A DNA stretch of 64,000 nt from Harriotta raleighana (lineage: Eukaryota), in the NCBI GenBank assembly GCA_050575255.1, contig JBNZDD010013721.1, positions 3,681,907 to 3,745,906 of the forward strand, in the 5' to 3' direction. Under the pieces are notes generated by a model. It was given only the letters and a program-made list of their open reading frames with translations. It was not told the origin of the DNA and searched no databases. Each line of letters begins with the position of its first letter. Positions within the stretch are counted from its first letter, which is position 1. The position numbers and the translations under genes were made by a program. Below are positions 23,753-37,630 of this stretch, piece by piece.

Positions 23753-24909
23753 TAAACGCACTTTCAATGCTGCCATTCAAAGAAAGTCATGAATGTCGAT
23801 CGGGCTGCAGCAACTCAAACTCATATACAAAATCCCTTCAGAAAAACAAGCTGAAAATCATCTTTTCTTTTGGACAAACCGCTACCACTTGATATGGCTT
23901 TCTGTACTTAATTTTTTTTAATCAATTGTTTCCAAAGTGCATCAAAACTGCACCAATAAAAGTGGAGGAAGGAACAGGAAACTAAGCCAACGCTGGTTCG
24001 ATACCAACTCTCTGCAGCCAAATTTGTTGCTTTCATTACAACAAACACATCGCAAGGGATTCACAACTTGTGAGCCTCCAAACACAAATAGCCAAGAATA
24101 ATCAAACACAGAGCAATATGCAAGCCTTGAAAAAATAATGACAATGAAAAATAAACAGCTTCTGGATTCACAGGGAGGTAGAATTGCTATTTATCATTTT
24201 GCCTCTCTATTTATTAATAAGGACCTGAATTCTAAAGCAAGCTGTGAGTTAATTCTGATCTCATGAGGCCTAAATAACTTATTGGGAAATGAGGCAAGGC
24301 CAAGGGATTGAGGGGGAGAGTTTCAAGGAGTTGCTGAAAGCAAGATCCACAGATGAGGTGGAGAGGACGAGGGACAATAGCAGGCCAGAGTCTATCGAAT
24401 GGAGCTGGCAGGTGGTAGATCAGTTGAAAACAGGTCGGAGAGGTAGGGAGATGTAGAGTATGAAGGCATTTGTGATGGAAATATGGAATTTAGATCGGGT
24501 GAATAATTCGGTGGCAGAGTTTTGAATTCGTTTTATGTATAGTGAAGCTGGGCAAGGAGGGCAAGAGATGATGGAAGTGTGTTAACTTCTGCCATTTTTA
24601 TGTCAAATTTGTATCCAATTAGTTTTCAATGTCTTTGTTCAAAAGCTAAATGATCACCTGGCACGGAATTGATACCGAGGAAATTGACTTAACACAAGAG
24701 GTGCAGTTACTAAAATAAGAGAACTTCAGCTGTGCTTGTTAATCCGGATCCCTCACATTACCAGGAATGGTAACTCTGCCAAGACACTTGTGTGGATATA
24801 TCAGCAGTCCTCCAAGACACTTGTGCTTAAGCAAAACTGAAACTCAATCTTTAAATAGACTTTACCATTAAATTTTGCATTCGATTTAGCCCCTATGAAT
24901 ATTACTGCT

Positions 24910-25340
24910 TGTATTTGATGTAACTCGCCTCACGTCAGGAGGATGTCATAAAACACTTCACAGGATTCCTTGTAAAGTTAAGGCTAAATGGCAGCCAATT
25001 TGAACAAATGTAAACTATAGTGACTTCATGTTTATAGGCTATTGCAGCAACTAATTTGTGCCCAGCAATGTCCCACAATGTCCCACAAATGGCCATGAAG
25101 TGAACAATATTATCTAGGGGATGATCTCCCTTCTATTTTCAAACAATGACATGGGATCTTCAATATCCATGTGAATAAATTAACAGGGTCTCAGTTTAAT
25201 GGCTTATTCATAGGCCAGCACCTGTGACATTGTTACCCTCATTGCAAGGTCAGCCTAGATAGTGAACTCAATGTCTTAACATGGGGCTCAAACCCACAAC
25301 TTTCTCACCAAGAGACAATTTGTTACCAACTGGGACAGGC
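24910..25340 (-). mobile_element. Long-type (DeuSINE-like) SINE, degraded
   Basis: Tail at the left, cagcaatgtcccacaa, catgggatctt, cagcctaga, and head ctcaaacccacaactttct. Confidence 0.6.
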
Positions 25341-25874
25341 GTTAAATCTGATATCCTGATAAATAAGTTTACAAGTTAAATAAATAAGGAGAAATGCCCA
25401 TTCTGAAACTTTAATCTCTGGGTTAGATAATAAAATAGAGCTCCGAAGAAGATATTAAAAGTGGCATGTACATTAAATACAAGTGCAGTGAAACCCAAAG
25501 TTATTTCAATCCATTTTATTCTATTTAAAATGGGAACCCTACCAGATATCAGTAATTCAAAATGATGGCCCATTTATTCCAGATTTAGATTTCCATCAAT
25601 TGTCTGCTGATCGAAATGTAAAAAGAGTGTTTTATCCTGTGCTGTTTAGTTATGGGGTGGATAACTGATGTCAAATTGATATACTCCCATCTTTAAACCA
25701 ACCTCATGAAGTAACTCTAAATGTTAGCTCTGCAATGTTACTGATATCATGTCACCAGGATTATGGCTGTTGACTAAGCAAGTATTTCATGATACTGTCA
25801 AATCGAGCATCTCAGATCATAAAAGGAATTCCACACATTCAGACTGCAGCACATTTGTGCCTTCATTCATGGTC

Positions 25875-26423
25875 ATTCAGAATTCTGAATGATCATGAAT
25901 TCTGCAGCTCGTGTACTCTCCCGCACCAGGCTTCGTGATCACATCACTCCCACCCTCGCCTGTCTCCACTGGCTCCCCATTCCCCAGCGGATCGAATTCA
26001 AGAGCCTCATCCTCATTTTCAAGGCCATTCACAGTCTTACCCCCGCCTATCTCTCTGACCTCCCTATCAGCCTGCCCGCACCCTCCATTCAGCAGACTCA
26101 TGCCTGCTCCTTGTCCACCGCCCTAACCGACCAACCATCAATGGCCGGGCTTTCAGCCTCTCTGCCCCGACACTCTGGAACTCCATCCCACAGTCCCTCC
26201 ACCTTGCTTCTTCCCTTTCCTCCTTCAAGGCCAGTCTCAAGACCTTCCTCTTCAACCACGCCTTTGGCTCTCTGGCTAACTCTTCCCCCTCTCTCATTCT
26301 CCTTCCCCCTCCCCCTACCCCCGACTCTAGCCCCCTGCTCAGGTCCCGACCTGACTATTCACTGCTTTGGGACATCCTCCTATTGTGAAAGGCGCCTTAC
26401 AAGTGTAATTTTGTTGTTGTTGT
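25875..26423 (+). mobile_element. L2 LINE 3' fragment (ORF2 C-terminus, 3'UTR, (TTG)n tail)
   Basis: ORF 25889 reads NSAARVLSRTRLRDHITPTLACLHWLPIPQRIEFKSLILIFKAIHSLTPAYLSDL. Tail is tgctttgggacatcctcctattgtgaaaggcgccttacaagtgtaattttgttgttgttg. Confidence 0.93.
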
Positions 26424-26999
26424 CATGGGAAAATACCTGTGAAAAAACAATAGAAATCAGTTTCCTCTTCAGACGCTACAAGCACTGTCACAATTCGCTC
26501 AATATAAAAGGAATAACAATCGGCATTAAAAAAAATCTGCAAAGTTACAGGGAAAGATTTACAATTGTGGAGTGAATACAAAGTGAATTGTTATATTAAA
26601 CAGATGTGAATTTGAACTAAATTGCAAAAGGGATTAGTAAACTCCAGGAGTAAAATTTCACTGATCTACAATTATTTTATTAGCATGCCTTTTTCAGATT
26701 CCATAATTTGTCAAGTTTTTAATTTGTCAGATTTATTTGAAGTTGATTTCCTGTATTTTTCTTACAAGAATTACAGAAAATGGGTTTCAATATTGAAATG
26801 GAATTGAACAATTTATAAAACAGCATCCAAGTCAGCATGCGCTTCAAGACGAATCCATCTCAATAAATAATTCACATAGAAACATAATTTGTATCTCATC
26901 AGAAAGATCTTGCACCTGGGAGTGACATGAGCATACCTTCTATAGTTCATGAGTTATGTTGTAAAATGAATGTCAGTTTATCGCTGCAGGTTCACCTTG

Positions 27000-27135
27000 T
27001 GGCCACGTATAGCCAAGCAGCGTTGGAAACAAAATAAAGAACATAGACGAAGCAAAGCCACTTCTGTGAAGTGCTTTGATGCAGCTCAATGACATGTTAA
27101 GGCACGATATCAAATGCAAGGATTATTGTTATTAC
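27000..27135 (+). mobile_element. SINE 3' fragment
   Basis: ctgtgaagtgctttga...tatcaaatgcaaggattattgttatt. Confidence 0.75.
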
Positions 27136-27954
27136 AAATCAATTGATGCTTAATTTGTTTCATAGGCTTGACATTACAAAATCTGTTTGAATGAAAGGTC
27201 AAGGTTTGAAGTATGGATTTCTGAGTATTCGGTTTAAGTGGTACAGTATTCATGTTTTTCCCGGTTGATTGACAGAAGTGTTGGGTATGGGCCTGCCTGC
27301 TGAAATCTGCAGCATGTGGCTGTTTTGTATTGCGTTTGGGAGCCTGTGTAAAGTGCTGACTATGAAGACTTCTTGAAATGAAGAACAGTGAACAAATGGA
27401 AAACGTGCTTGATAACATATCCAGGGTTAGGAACTGCAGACACAAGACTTTTTTTTAACTGTTCATTTGACTTGTATCTAATCTGGGGAAATACACAATG
27501 TAAAGACTGTAAAGACTGATTTAGGGGGAGGGAGAAATAAAGAAAAAACATAGCCCTGATTTTTCCAGTCTTGGGTTTGGAAAATGTAAAGAATTGTTAA
27601 GCAGATGGAGCCTAATTGTTCTAATTAATGTTCATTGAAGCAGAGGTTTCTCTCATCAGCTGTTCAATGGAACCAGAAGAGAATTCTGTGTAATGCAACT
27701 CCCTTGGGATCCATTATTCCAAGAAGTCTTGCTTCGGCACTTTGCCACAACTGCATTGTCTATCTTTCAGTTACTATTGGGGTTCAGATCTCAAGGCTTG
27801 AGATTAAAGGAAGTCGAAAGCTTCCAATTGTAGTTTCCTGGTAGCCAACAGACTGGGAATGACTCACTAGCTTTGAAGTCAAAACTTTGATGGACATCTG
27901 TCCTACTCTGTAATCCACTAGTTTTATATTGGCTTCGAGCACCTATACTTACAG

Positions 27955-28092
27955 CAATGCAGCTCTGCCCCAGCACTACACTGGAGTATCAGCCTAGACT
28001 GACTGTGAGCCCAAAGTCCCCAATATTGAGGTTTGAGCCGCACAACCTTCAGATCCAGAGACAAGGTTTCTACCAAGTGAGCCACTCTGACA
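27955..28092 (-). mobile_element. Long-type SINE head fragment
   Basis: cagcactacactggagtatcagcctaga...tttgagccgcacaaccttcagatccagag...accaagtgagcc, i.e. A/B-box remnants on the - strand. Confidence 0.6.
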
Positions 28093-30757
28093 TCCTCCAC
28101 AAAATGATGCATGATTAGTTAGTAATGATTCATAATTCATCTGTCAGTTGTCTCAATTAATTGTTTCCTTGAAGTCGCTCCCTGGAAATATTCCCACCCA
28201 GGTTTCCACCATACTCTTGAAGTAAGATTTCATTTGATTAGCCAACATCGCAGTGTAAAAATCTAACATGAATTCAGGAATGCATTCAGCAATCCTGCAC
28301 ATTTCATGCCTACAAGTGGCTATAGAATATTGTAGTTGAGGATTGGCAGTCAAAAGAAATGACAGTAGGTCATACCATTGCGAGATTCAATTATCTTTTG
28401 GGGGAAGTTAATATAGATAGTGTTCCTGTGGGCATCATGGTAAGATAAAGTCATGTCAACGCACAATCATATAGAATGATAGCATTATTAAAGCTAAACT
28501 CCAGCAAAACAACCTTATAAGTATATTATAAAACTGTGTCCTCAGTCCTCTGCAATCCCAAGTGTAAAATAAAGGTTTACCAATATTTTAAAAGAAAATC
28601 AGTTCTTCTTGTGTCCCCACCACCACCAACCACACATGCACACACACATATTTGATATTGCAACAGTGAAGAGCTAACTATATTACCATAGAGAGGATCA
28701 CATTATAGAGAAATTGTTAGCTTTTTACTTCACTCACACTTTAAATCTGAGATTGTAATACAGTTACTCAACACTTGCGTGTTAAATGTAAGTTAAGCGA
28801 CCTTCTAAAATCCGTATTTCAATTTGCAAATCCTGAGAAATATATCTCAGGCTATGCATATGAATATTGAGGCATTACAAAGCCCTGATAAGGCACAATA
28901 TCAAATGCAAGAATTATTATTATTACCATTATTATTTTACAAATAGTTCAGATATAACCCAGCCCTTGAGCCCCACTTATATCTGGGCAATTCTGTATTC
29001 TTCCCACATAGACTGACATTATGTTTGCAATATAATCCCGTCTTTAAGTGTTCAGAGTGGACTGTTTATAAGAAGATTTGCTGGACAAAAGAAGACCCAA
29101 AAATATTATTTCCTAAAAGAAGCCTAATTTTCTTTTGAAAGAATCGACACTTTCTGCTTCAACGTTTCCTTAGGGACACTGTTCCACATACTACTCGCTC
29201 ACTGAAATAGCGTTTCCGGAGATATGTTTAGGATTTACCCGCCTATTCCTTCGAAACGTGTTCAAAAGTAGCATCACCTTAGGTTTGTTACAGGCATATT
29301 TCCCTAGTGTATTCACTGATTTCCATCAGGCGAAGAGTTAGCAACTTTTGCTTTAACAGGTTTAAGTGACTGATCCAGTAAATTTTCTACAAGTATTTTA
29401 TTGAACCATGTAAAACCCAGAGGCTCCAGAGTTTTGTTTTTCTATGAGAGTAGGAGCTCCCAGCAGATCTTCAGCACAAGCAGTTAATCAGTTAAGTATT
29501 TTGTCATTGCAGCTAAACCGTTCACATTGTTGTAACAGATGTTTTTCTCCCGTTCTTCTAACTGTCTTTTTATACAGTGGAGTCGCCGTCTTTGTATTCG
29601 AATTATTGTTACGTTTGTATAATAGAATTGAGGCTTCTCAACGACGTGATAAGGCGTTGTATCAACTGTAGGCATTATTATGATTATTAGATAGTTTGGA
29701 CTCCTTTTAGTTACAAAAATATTAAAATGGCATTAACATGGCAGGGCTGGAAGCTGTGACCTGGACAAACTGAGAAATATGTGCAAATATACTTCCACAA
29801 AAATAATTCAACGGTTGCACTAAGCGTTGAATCAATGTTGAGGATTCCCTCTGCATGCTGAGGGTCAGTTAGAGAAACAACCACAATTTGCATTTAGATA
29901 GCGCTCTTTACGTGGAGCGCTTTGAGGTTGAGTTTAGTAATTTAGTTTACGTCGGCAAAGGGGTTCTCCAAGTGTGAGTATAAATTCTACTCCTACTCAC
30001 GTTGCAAGCTGTGTAAAGTCTGTTTTGAATGTGAAGAAATGTGTAAAATTAAATATAGATGTGTTCAGTTCCATCCCAGTTTCAGCCACTCAGTCTCAAG
30101 CTTCCATTATACTGTATATAGAATAAGCCTTTCCTCGGAAATTAGGTTGGAACTTACTCATGTGGAGTTTAAATTTCAACTTGGACTAGTTGAACTCAAT
30201 GACTTGCTTCTGTACTGCAGAAAAGGACGGCTTGTATCATATTGTACACATACAGCATGATAGAGTTAGCTGATAGAAGAGGCACTTACAGATTGAGCGA
30301 GCAACACAGTCAATTCTTGTGTTAAAAAATTTTCATCTTCCAGTCCATCTGATAGAAAACCCATTTCGCAGTTGGTTGTCAGAGATTTCAGTCTCAGAGT
30401 TGCAGATGCTCCATTATAAAGCTAATGCATTCAACATGCTGACCAAGTATGGGTTTATTTCTCTTCTTAGCTGCTTCAGCAGTTTGAGCCCCGTTTATTA
30501 CACACTGACGTAGCCGCACATTCAATTCAGCCCCAATTTCAATCGTCTTATTTCCACACATAGAGGGAACATCATTTTGCTTTGCTGCCTGATGATTATG
30601 CTGATTAAATTCTGCTTTCTGCAAAATATTCTGGTCTGTGTGCTGATTAATTAGATTTGATTGCTATTACATTTTACTGGACATCCACAAAAAGCTTGTG
30701 GTTTCAAAACCAAAAGGGCTTGGATTTAAATGCATTCGTTGGCTCACTAAAGCACTT

Positions 30758-31005
30758 GAAACAACAGGTTGCGTTTATATATAGCGCCACCTCAAGCAGG
30801 GTAGGCGTCCCAGAGCGCCTGATAGTGGTGGAGCACGACACCAAGCTGAGGCAGGGGGAGGAGATGACAATAGGCACGGTCGAAGAAGAATGACTTTAGG
30901 CCTGTCTTGAAGATGGGGAAAGAGCTGGCCTAGGTGGAGTGGGGGTGAAGAGAGAGTGTTCCAGAGTTTTGGGGCATAGTGGTTGAAAGTGTTAAATCAC
31001 CAAGG
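30758..31005 (-). mobile_element. L2 LINE 3' fragment
   Basis: tttatatagcgccacctc...gcgtcccagagcgc...ggcacggtcgaagaaga...gtcttgaag...ttccagagt. Confidence 0.75.
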
Positions 31006-31377
31006 TGATACACACACACATACAATACACATAAGGGGTTATTAAAACAATTTTTAAAGTAACATTTGCTGTTTTGCATTCATATATCGACTTAATCTCC
31101 TCAACAGTGCAAGTACAGTGGATCTTTTAAAGCTTTGAATATCTCTTTATTTTCCAGCTTCCAAACTTAGCGCACACCCTTTGATCACGCAATTCTTTGA
31201 TTATGATGATCTGTCAATCCACAAATCCACAAACACACAGTCACTACACTTGCAATCAATTCCCTGTGAAGCAATTCTCCTTTTTAACCAATGCCCATAC
31301 AAATATTGAGCAAAACATACGGCAGTGTTAGGAAACAGCTCTGCTCCCCCCTTGCCATGTTTAGTATCGTCCTTTTA

Positions 31378-31490
31378 TAATAATAATTCTTGCATTTGAT
31401 ATAGCGCCTTATCACATTTTCAACATGTCTCACAGCACTTCACAGAATATACTGTGAAGTGAATTAACCAAATATTTGCGGGCAAAACTT
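31378..31490 (-). mobile_element. SINE 3' fragment
   Basis: taataataattcttgcatttgatatagcgcctt...cacttcacagaatatactgtgaagtgaatt. Confidence 0.87.
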
Positions 31491-31601
31491 TTGCAGGAAA
31501 TTTAACGCTTGACTGAAAACAAAACTCCCCACACAGTAAATAAAATTCCCGTCGTGCTGTTACCGACCACAAAGTGCATCTAGTGCACAGCTGCAAGTAC
31601 A

Positions 31602-31616
31602 ATGCCACCTGGTGTC
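31602..31616 (-). promoter_or_regulatory. Candidate CTCF site
   Basis: The - strand reads ACACCAGGTGGCAT against consensus CCASYAGRKGGCRS. Motif match only. Confidence 0.35.
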
Positions 31617-32927
31617 TTCCAGCAGGGCCTAAGGGTTTGATGCAGGCACTTACTCATTCAGGAGCAAATGAGTTAAAACAAGACCAAAGTAGCTTCACAC
31701 TGGTAAACAATCAAAGAATTAAAACTACCTAGTACTGTAATCACAAGCTGCTTGATTAGAATTTGTGTTGGGTATTGAGCCAGCGGCTGAATCTGCTGTA
31801 ATCCCAGCTCTGTAGTACAAGATATCTTTGATAGTCTTTAACCGTCAAATAAGGGGAAGGTAAAGTTGATGGTGCATCTGTCAACCAACACGTAACATTC
31901 AGTAACAGGCTTGCTGTTAAAGGTTGGAGTCCCACTTTACTTCTATTGTTAAGCTTTGATGTTTCTTGAAGTTGAAGCATTTCTTTTCAAGGGGATAAAG
32001 GTCCTTTATTACTGGCCTCTTCATCAAATTAATTGGCTTAGCTCTTTAAGATCTCTGCGCTTGTGAACACTGCTGTAAATCAGGCTGCTCAAGGCGCTCT
32101 GTTTACTCAAGATCTAGAGGGAAAATGGCAATAGGACAGGCGCGGATCGCACACTGAGGCTGGGCATCACTCGGACATCTGCGGATAAAATATTCTCGAC
32201 TTGTTCGGTGTTGTTCAGTGCAAACAAAGCCACAGTTCCCAAGGTGACTCCAAATCCAACCAGTCAACTAAATCCACATTCATCAATGCATTACACAGCA
32301 TTTTCCAAAAGAAGTCCACCAACCCTTTTTTTTAAAAGAAAAACGTTGCACAGGAGTACTTTGAGAACTCTTCTCTCTACGATATTTACTCACATACTGC
32401 AAAATCAATGGGTGACTGACAAAGCATTTAAACTCATTGTAGTTTCTCAAAGTATCATTCAAGATGAGAAAAAGTAATTACTGAGTTTCAAGCTTTAACT
32501 ATTCACAACTTCTCGTGTGTCTATCCCTGTGCTTTTACCCTGCTTTTACATGATCTTCGTGTGAGGTCTCTCTCGGTTACAACATGTTCAAGCCTCTTAA
32601 CCAATAAATAAGAACCATTAACAGATACGGGGCGAGGGCTGGACAGTGGGAATTCTCAAAAGGGAATCCACTGTGAAGTGCAGTGATTGTATACTTAGGG
32701 CGAGAAATATTGCTAGGAAGTGACAACAGTTGACCACCTGACTGGGGGATCACAATGAAAATATTCCACTTGTTATATGAAACATCCTTGATTTCCTTCT
32801 GAAATGACAAAAAGCAAAGGCACTGGTGTTACTGTGTATGGTAGAACTTGCTTTTGTTAGCTTTTTCGAATAAAGCTAAATTTAGTTGAACTCAAACTTG
32901 CAGTATTTCTCACAATTGGATTCCATT

Positions 32928-33012
32928 ACATTCTGTGAAGTGCTTTGAGACATCCAGAAGACATGAAAAGCGCTAAACCAAATGCAAGGATTATCATTTT
33001 TATTATTATTAC
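32928..33012 (+). mobile_element. SINE 3' tail
   Basis: ctgtgaagtgctttgagacatccagaagacatgaaaagcgctaaaccaaatgcaaggatta. Confidence 0.82.
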
Positions 33013-33597
33013 CCTACTCTGAGAAATCTACTATACTCTTGGAGGGAGGAACAAAAAATTAATTGTCTAATTCATAAAGAGTAGAGAATGCGTCTCATGA
33101 ATCAAGTCATATTGTATGTCCTTTTAAAAAAAAGTTAAGTTGAATTCTGCTACAGGATGCAATCTTTCTTCCAGAGCAGTTATATACTGTGTTTCAGATA
33201 AGATTTGTAATCTGAAAATGTGAAGAGTGGAATGCCTTCCCTGGATCCAGTACTTTGAAATTAGTCCTCGATTCACTGCTGAGAACCCAACCATTTAATG
33301 CTGAGTTTATTGTAATTTTTACAATAAGTTATTGCTTCACCAGGTAGCAATTCCTGATAGAGCGATGTGATCATTGGGGGTGGTTGGGTGGGGGCTGATG
33401 GGTGAAGTGGCACAGATGATTTAGGTTTTCCTTCTCTACTGAGAGCATTTCACATTGCATGTTGTTCATCTTCTCTCCTTAAGTGAACATCAATTCTTCT
33501 ACTTTTTATAGATGCTTTTGTTTGGGTTTGCTGCACAGCTGGTGACTTATTACTGCAAGAGTTGCTATCGTTCAGTTAAGACCTTATACTGATCAAC

Positions 33598-33990
33598 AAC
33601 AATACTAATAAAAATTATACTTGGATTTGGTATAACACCTTATCACTATACCTTATCACTATGTCAAGATGTCTCAAAGCACTTCACAGGATATACAGTA
33701 CTGTAAAGTGGATTGCCTGTATTTTGTGGGCGAAACGCAGAAGCCATTTGCGCACAGGAGAGACCCACAAACAGCCATGGAGTGGGTGGGTAACCAATTT
33801 TATTTGGAGGATTTGTTGGCCAGGACATCGGAAGAGAGAAACTCCCTTTATTTTTCAAATAGTGTCATGGGATCTTTAACGTCCACCAGAACAGGCAGAC
33901 GGAACCGCAGTTTAACATCTCATCCAAAGGACAACATCTCCGACAATGCAATACCACCCCTCCAGAACTGCATTGGAATGTCATATTAGA
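33598..33990 (-). mobile_element. Long-type (DeuSINE-like) SINE
   Basis: Family tail plus catgggatctttaacgtccacc...acggaaccgcagtttaacatctcatccaaaggacaacatctccgacaatgca, which resembles the Deu domain. Confidence 0.75.
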
Positions 33991-34500
33991 CAGATTGGCC
34001 TCAGACACATCTGCGATCTTATAGTATTCTATATGTGACCCTGACCAATATAAAAGTGGGAAAATATTTGCCAAAATTGCAGGGCGATTTGGGGATTTGT
34101 AAGTGTTTGATGGTTGGTACTTTTGAGGAACATTTTACTGCCAACCTACATTTTTTCACTTTATTTATCCACATGAAACATGGGGAAATAACACGTTGCT
34201 GCAAAACATTTTCATTAGTTTCTTCTTCAACAAAAAAAACTGGGAGTGTGGGTGAACTAATTGGCCCATTTGAGAGTGGTGGGTGGGAAACACTAGTGAA
34301 GGCCCAAAGGTTTTCCTTTAACTTTTTCTTTGGGATTATTTCACTCTTTCGAGAATAGACAGAATCCAGTTTCTGCACAACTGGCTGGGCATGTGGAGGC
34401 TGTGAAGCCAAGGAGAATGTTCTGCCTTGCATTAATCAAGCCATAGAAAAGGGTTAACATTACATCATAGAGACAAAATAGCAGCCAGTTGATTCATTCA

Positions 34501-34516
34501 CCAGTAAGGGGCGCTG
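34501..34516 (+). promoter_or_regulatory. Candidate CTCF site
   Basis: CCAGTAAGGGGCGCTG has one mismatch to CCASYAGRKGGCRSY. Motif match only. Confidence 0.4.
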
Positions 34517-35574
34517 TTTGTCTCCATTTCCTCTCAGGGCAATTACATTTGTCAGAAGGTAAACACAGTAGAATGTTCCCCATCCGTAAACTACACATCC
34601 ATGTTGAAACAGAGCTGGTCTCAACACTTGTGTGTATACCGTTATATGAAGCTTTTACAAACGACGGACATAAGGTTGTTTTGGGAACCATACAAAAGTG
34701 GCATAAAGGGGATGTTTTACAATGGCTCTCTATGAGTGGAGGCGCAATAAAAACAGACCCTATATCAGAAGTGACAGTATATCAGTGATCTCAAAAGAGG
34801 GTCTGTTATATGTTATGTTGTCTCGTCATTATTACCTGACTTTCGAGCAAACATGGCTGCTTTTTAAAATTACTTTTACAGTTTTTGTATTCTCGTTCTT
34901 CACGTCTTGGTCTGAAAAGAGCAAAAGAGCAAATTGAATATTGGAAATCCATTTTAAAATAAAATATTTTTCCTCTTTCTCTCTCTTGTCCCTTAACTTC
35001 AGTTTGTGTTGTAAGTCAACTCATTTAAGGCCATGTCACTTAAGATCAGTTCCCTCCTGAAAGAGCTTTCCTTTTGTCTTCACTAAAAATAAACAGAACT
35101 GCAAGAAATGCTGACCCCCATACCATCACCCACCCACACACATACTTAAGACATGTTTTGTATAGGAGCCTGAATGAAGATCTTATTTCAAGTTTTATTT
35201 ATTAATATATATGAATAATTAATTCATCATCTGCTTGATGTTCCCATTTCTTTTCCAAGCCCCAGCACGATTGGCAGTGATATGACGAGTGCTGCGCTCT
35301 TTTCTGAACGAGAAGTGGATGTGTTGATCACATCACCCCAAGCTGCTGCCCTCAATATGACCCCAAATGCCTGAACTGGTGAAAAAGGCAATTGTTGCAT
35401 TTTTACAGGACCCAGAATGACGAAACACCTCAAAGTGCTTCACAGGTAATTGCTGTCAAGTGTACCGACTGTGCTTTTATTGCAAGCATTCCTGACAAGT
35501 TGCACACATACCATAGTCCCACACAAGAAACTATGAAGTGAATGGCCAATTCGTCTGGAGAAGTGTTGGATAGC

Positions 35575-35952
35575 AGTGAATGAGTAAATCAGTTGGTATC
35601 ACTCCTCAGAAGGTTGTGGGTTCATGCCCCACATTAGGACTTTGAACTAACTCATTGTCTAGGCTAACATCCCAATGCATTGTTGGGGTAAGCTTTGCAT
35701 TGTAAGAGTTGCTGCACTTCAGATGAGGTCCCATCTTCCAGTTCAGGTGAACATTAAAAAACCCATAACACTATTCGAAAAGAGAAGGGAGTTTTTCCCC
35801 CTGACCAACAAATCCTTTGTTGTTTGTGGGACATTGCTGTGTGTATATTGGCTGCCAAGTTTGCCTTCAAATACAGTCACTACACTTTATTGCAAACTTG
35901 ACAAAGTGCATTTACATGTATTGATACATCGCACTATATCAAATGAATTATT
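35575..35952 (+). mobile_element. Long-type (DeuSINE/SacSINE1-like) SINE, near full length
   Basis: Head tcagaaggttgtgggttcatgcccc, body tctaggctaaca...ttcagatgagg...caggtgaacattaaaaaaccca, and 3' part gtttgtgggacattgctgtgtgtatattggctgcc. A - strand tail fragment lies immediately to the left (35390-35560). Confidence 0.72.
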
Positions 35953-37334
35953 AACTATCTATTAAATACACACAAACCTTGGTTTCTTAACCTTCCTGAT
36001 GTTTTAATGATGGAAAAACACATACAATAATAACAATAAAATAGCACTTTATTTTGAAAAGCTCATATTAATATCTTAGACAATAACACAGATAATTGTG
36101 CACTAGAATATATTAGTACTGTGCATAATTAATGATCCCTAATGCAAGTTTTAACTTTTCTTCAATATGTTATCCTATTATTCCATTCAATTAGCTGGAT
36201 AGTGGCTGGGCTACTAATTAACATTTAAATATTTGCTGTGGGTGTTGAACTGCTCTTATCGGGCACATTCCTGAGGTTAGGCTACTGGGAGGCAGTGGGA
36301 AAATTTCTTGCATAGATGCTGTAACTCTGTAATCTTAAACTACTGCTGGCTGAATATTATTTCCAAATTTTCAGCATTTGGAACTGTTGCAAAGAATTGA
36401 CAGCATGAAATTACACAATGTTTCTCTTATTATCAATAATAAGAACAACAATATCCTTAACATTGTTGGGTAAATGTTACCCTTGTTTGTTAAATACAAA
36501 GCAAATTCTTGCATGGCATAACATTTAACAAAGCTGGGATGGTTATGTGTCCATTGCCACATCAGAGAAATTTAGTTTAGCTTCCCTCTTCACCCTATGT
36601 AGGTCTGAACTGCAAACCCCTAAAGTTGTCTCTTCATAACTTTCCTCCGTCCACAAGGTCCAGTGTCTCATTTGAGAACAAGTCAGAAAGCACCATAACC
36701 AACGATATGTCTCCAATTTATTGCTATAGTGAAGGGGCGTCCATTTAACGCTTCACAGATGGGATCACACATTTTCTACTCTAGTTTTAAAAGGGGTCAT
36801 TTGAAAAAAAAATCATTAGCTCTCAGGAGGGGAATTTCTATCTTTATGTACCTCACTGGGCTGAGGGTCACAATCCTGTTAGCCCACAAGATGCCAAAGC
36901 AATAGACGTCTTTGTTACTTTTATCTTCTGAAGCCAAGAGTTGGAGTCACTCTTCTCATGACAGAGCAGTGAAGCTGTACATCAAGTGCAGGCCTGGACT
37001 TAGTGTTTGGTCGCCAGTAAATGGTGGAGAGATGCGATGTGAGGGGAAACTATATATATATGTACAGTATTAAGTTTCAGATCAGGAGTAGTGAATGAGA
37101 AGACTTGTTCTTGAAAGCATGCATACATCTGCTTACAGTGTGGCCAAGCCATTACCAGTAAAGTTAGCAATAGATAGTAACCAATGAATTTACAAAAAAT
37201 ATGGCTTCCCTCAGTAAGAAGAAGCTGAACTAAGGCATTAAGTCTCCAGGCAAAGAGACCCTGGATCACTGTTGAGGACAACTAACATATTTAGAATGGG
37301 GAGAGGGGAGTGAATAGATTCCTTTCTCTGTTGC

Positions 37335-37630
37335 ATTTCACATCGAATTGTTATGCTCTGGAATGCATTGCCTGAAAGGCTGGTGGAAACTTATTCAATA
37401 ACAACTTTAAAAGAGAATTAGATAGACACTTGAAAAGGGAACAAATTACAAGGATATGGGGAAGGAATGGGGAAATGTAGCTGATTGGGTAGCTCAGCAC
37501 CTTGGGACGTCCTCCCGACATGAAAGGTGCTCTATAGATGTAATTTTGTTATGGTTGTCTTCCAAGAGCCAGCACAGACATGATGGGCTGAATGGCCTCC
37601 TTCTGTGCTGTAATATTCTATGATTCTATA
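37335..37630 (+). mobile_element. CR1 3' end interrupted by an L2 tail (37495-37558)
   Basis: tggaatgcattgcctgaaagg...gagaattagatag...aagagccagcacagacatgatgggctgaatggcctccttctgtgctgtaatattctatgattctat. Confidence 0.85.
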
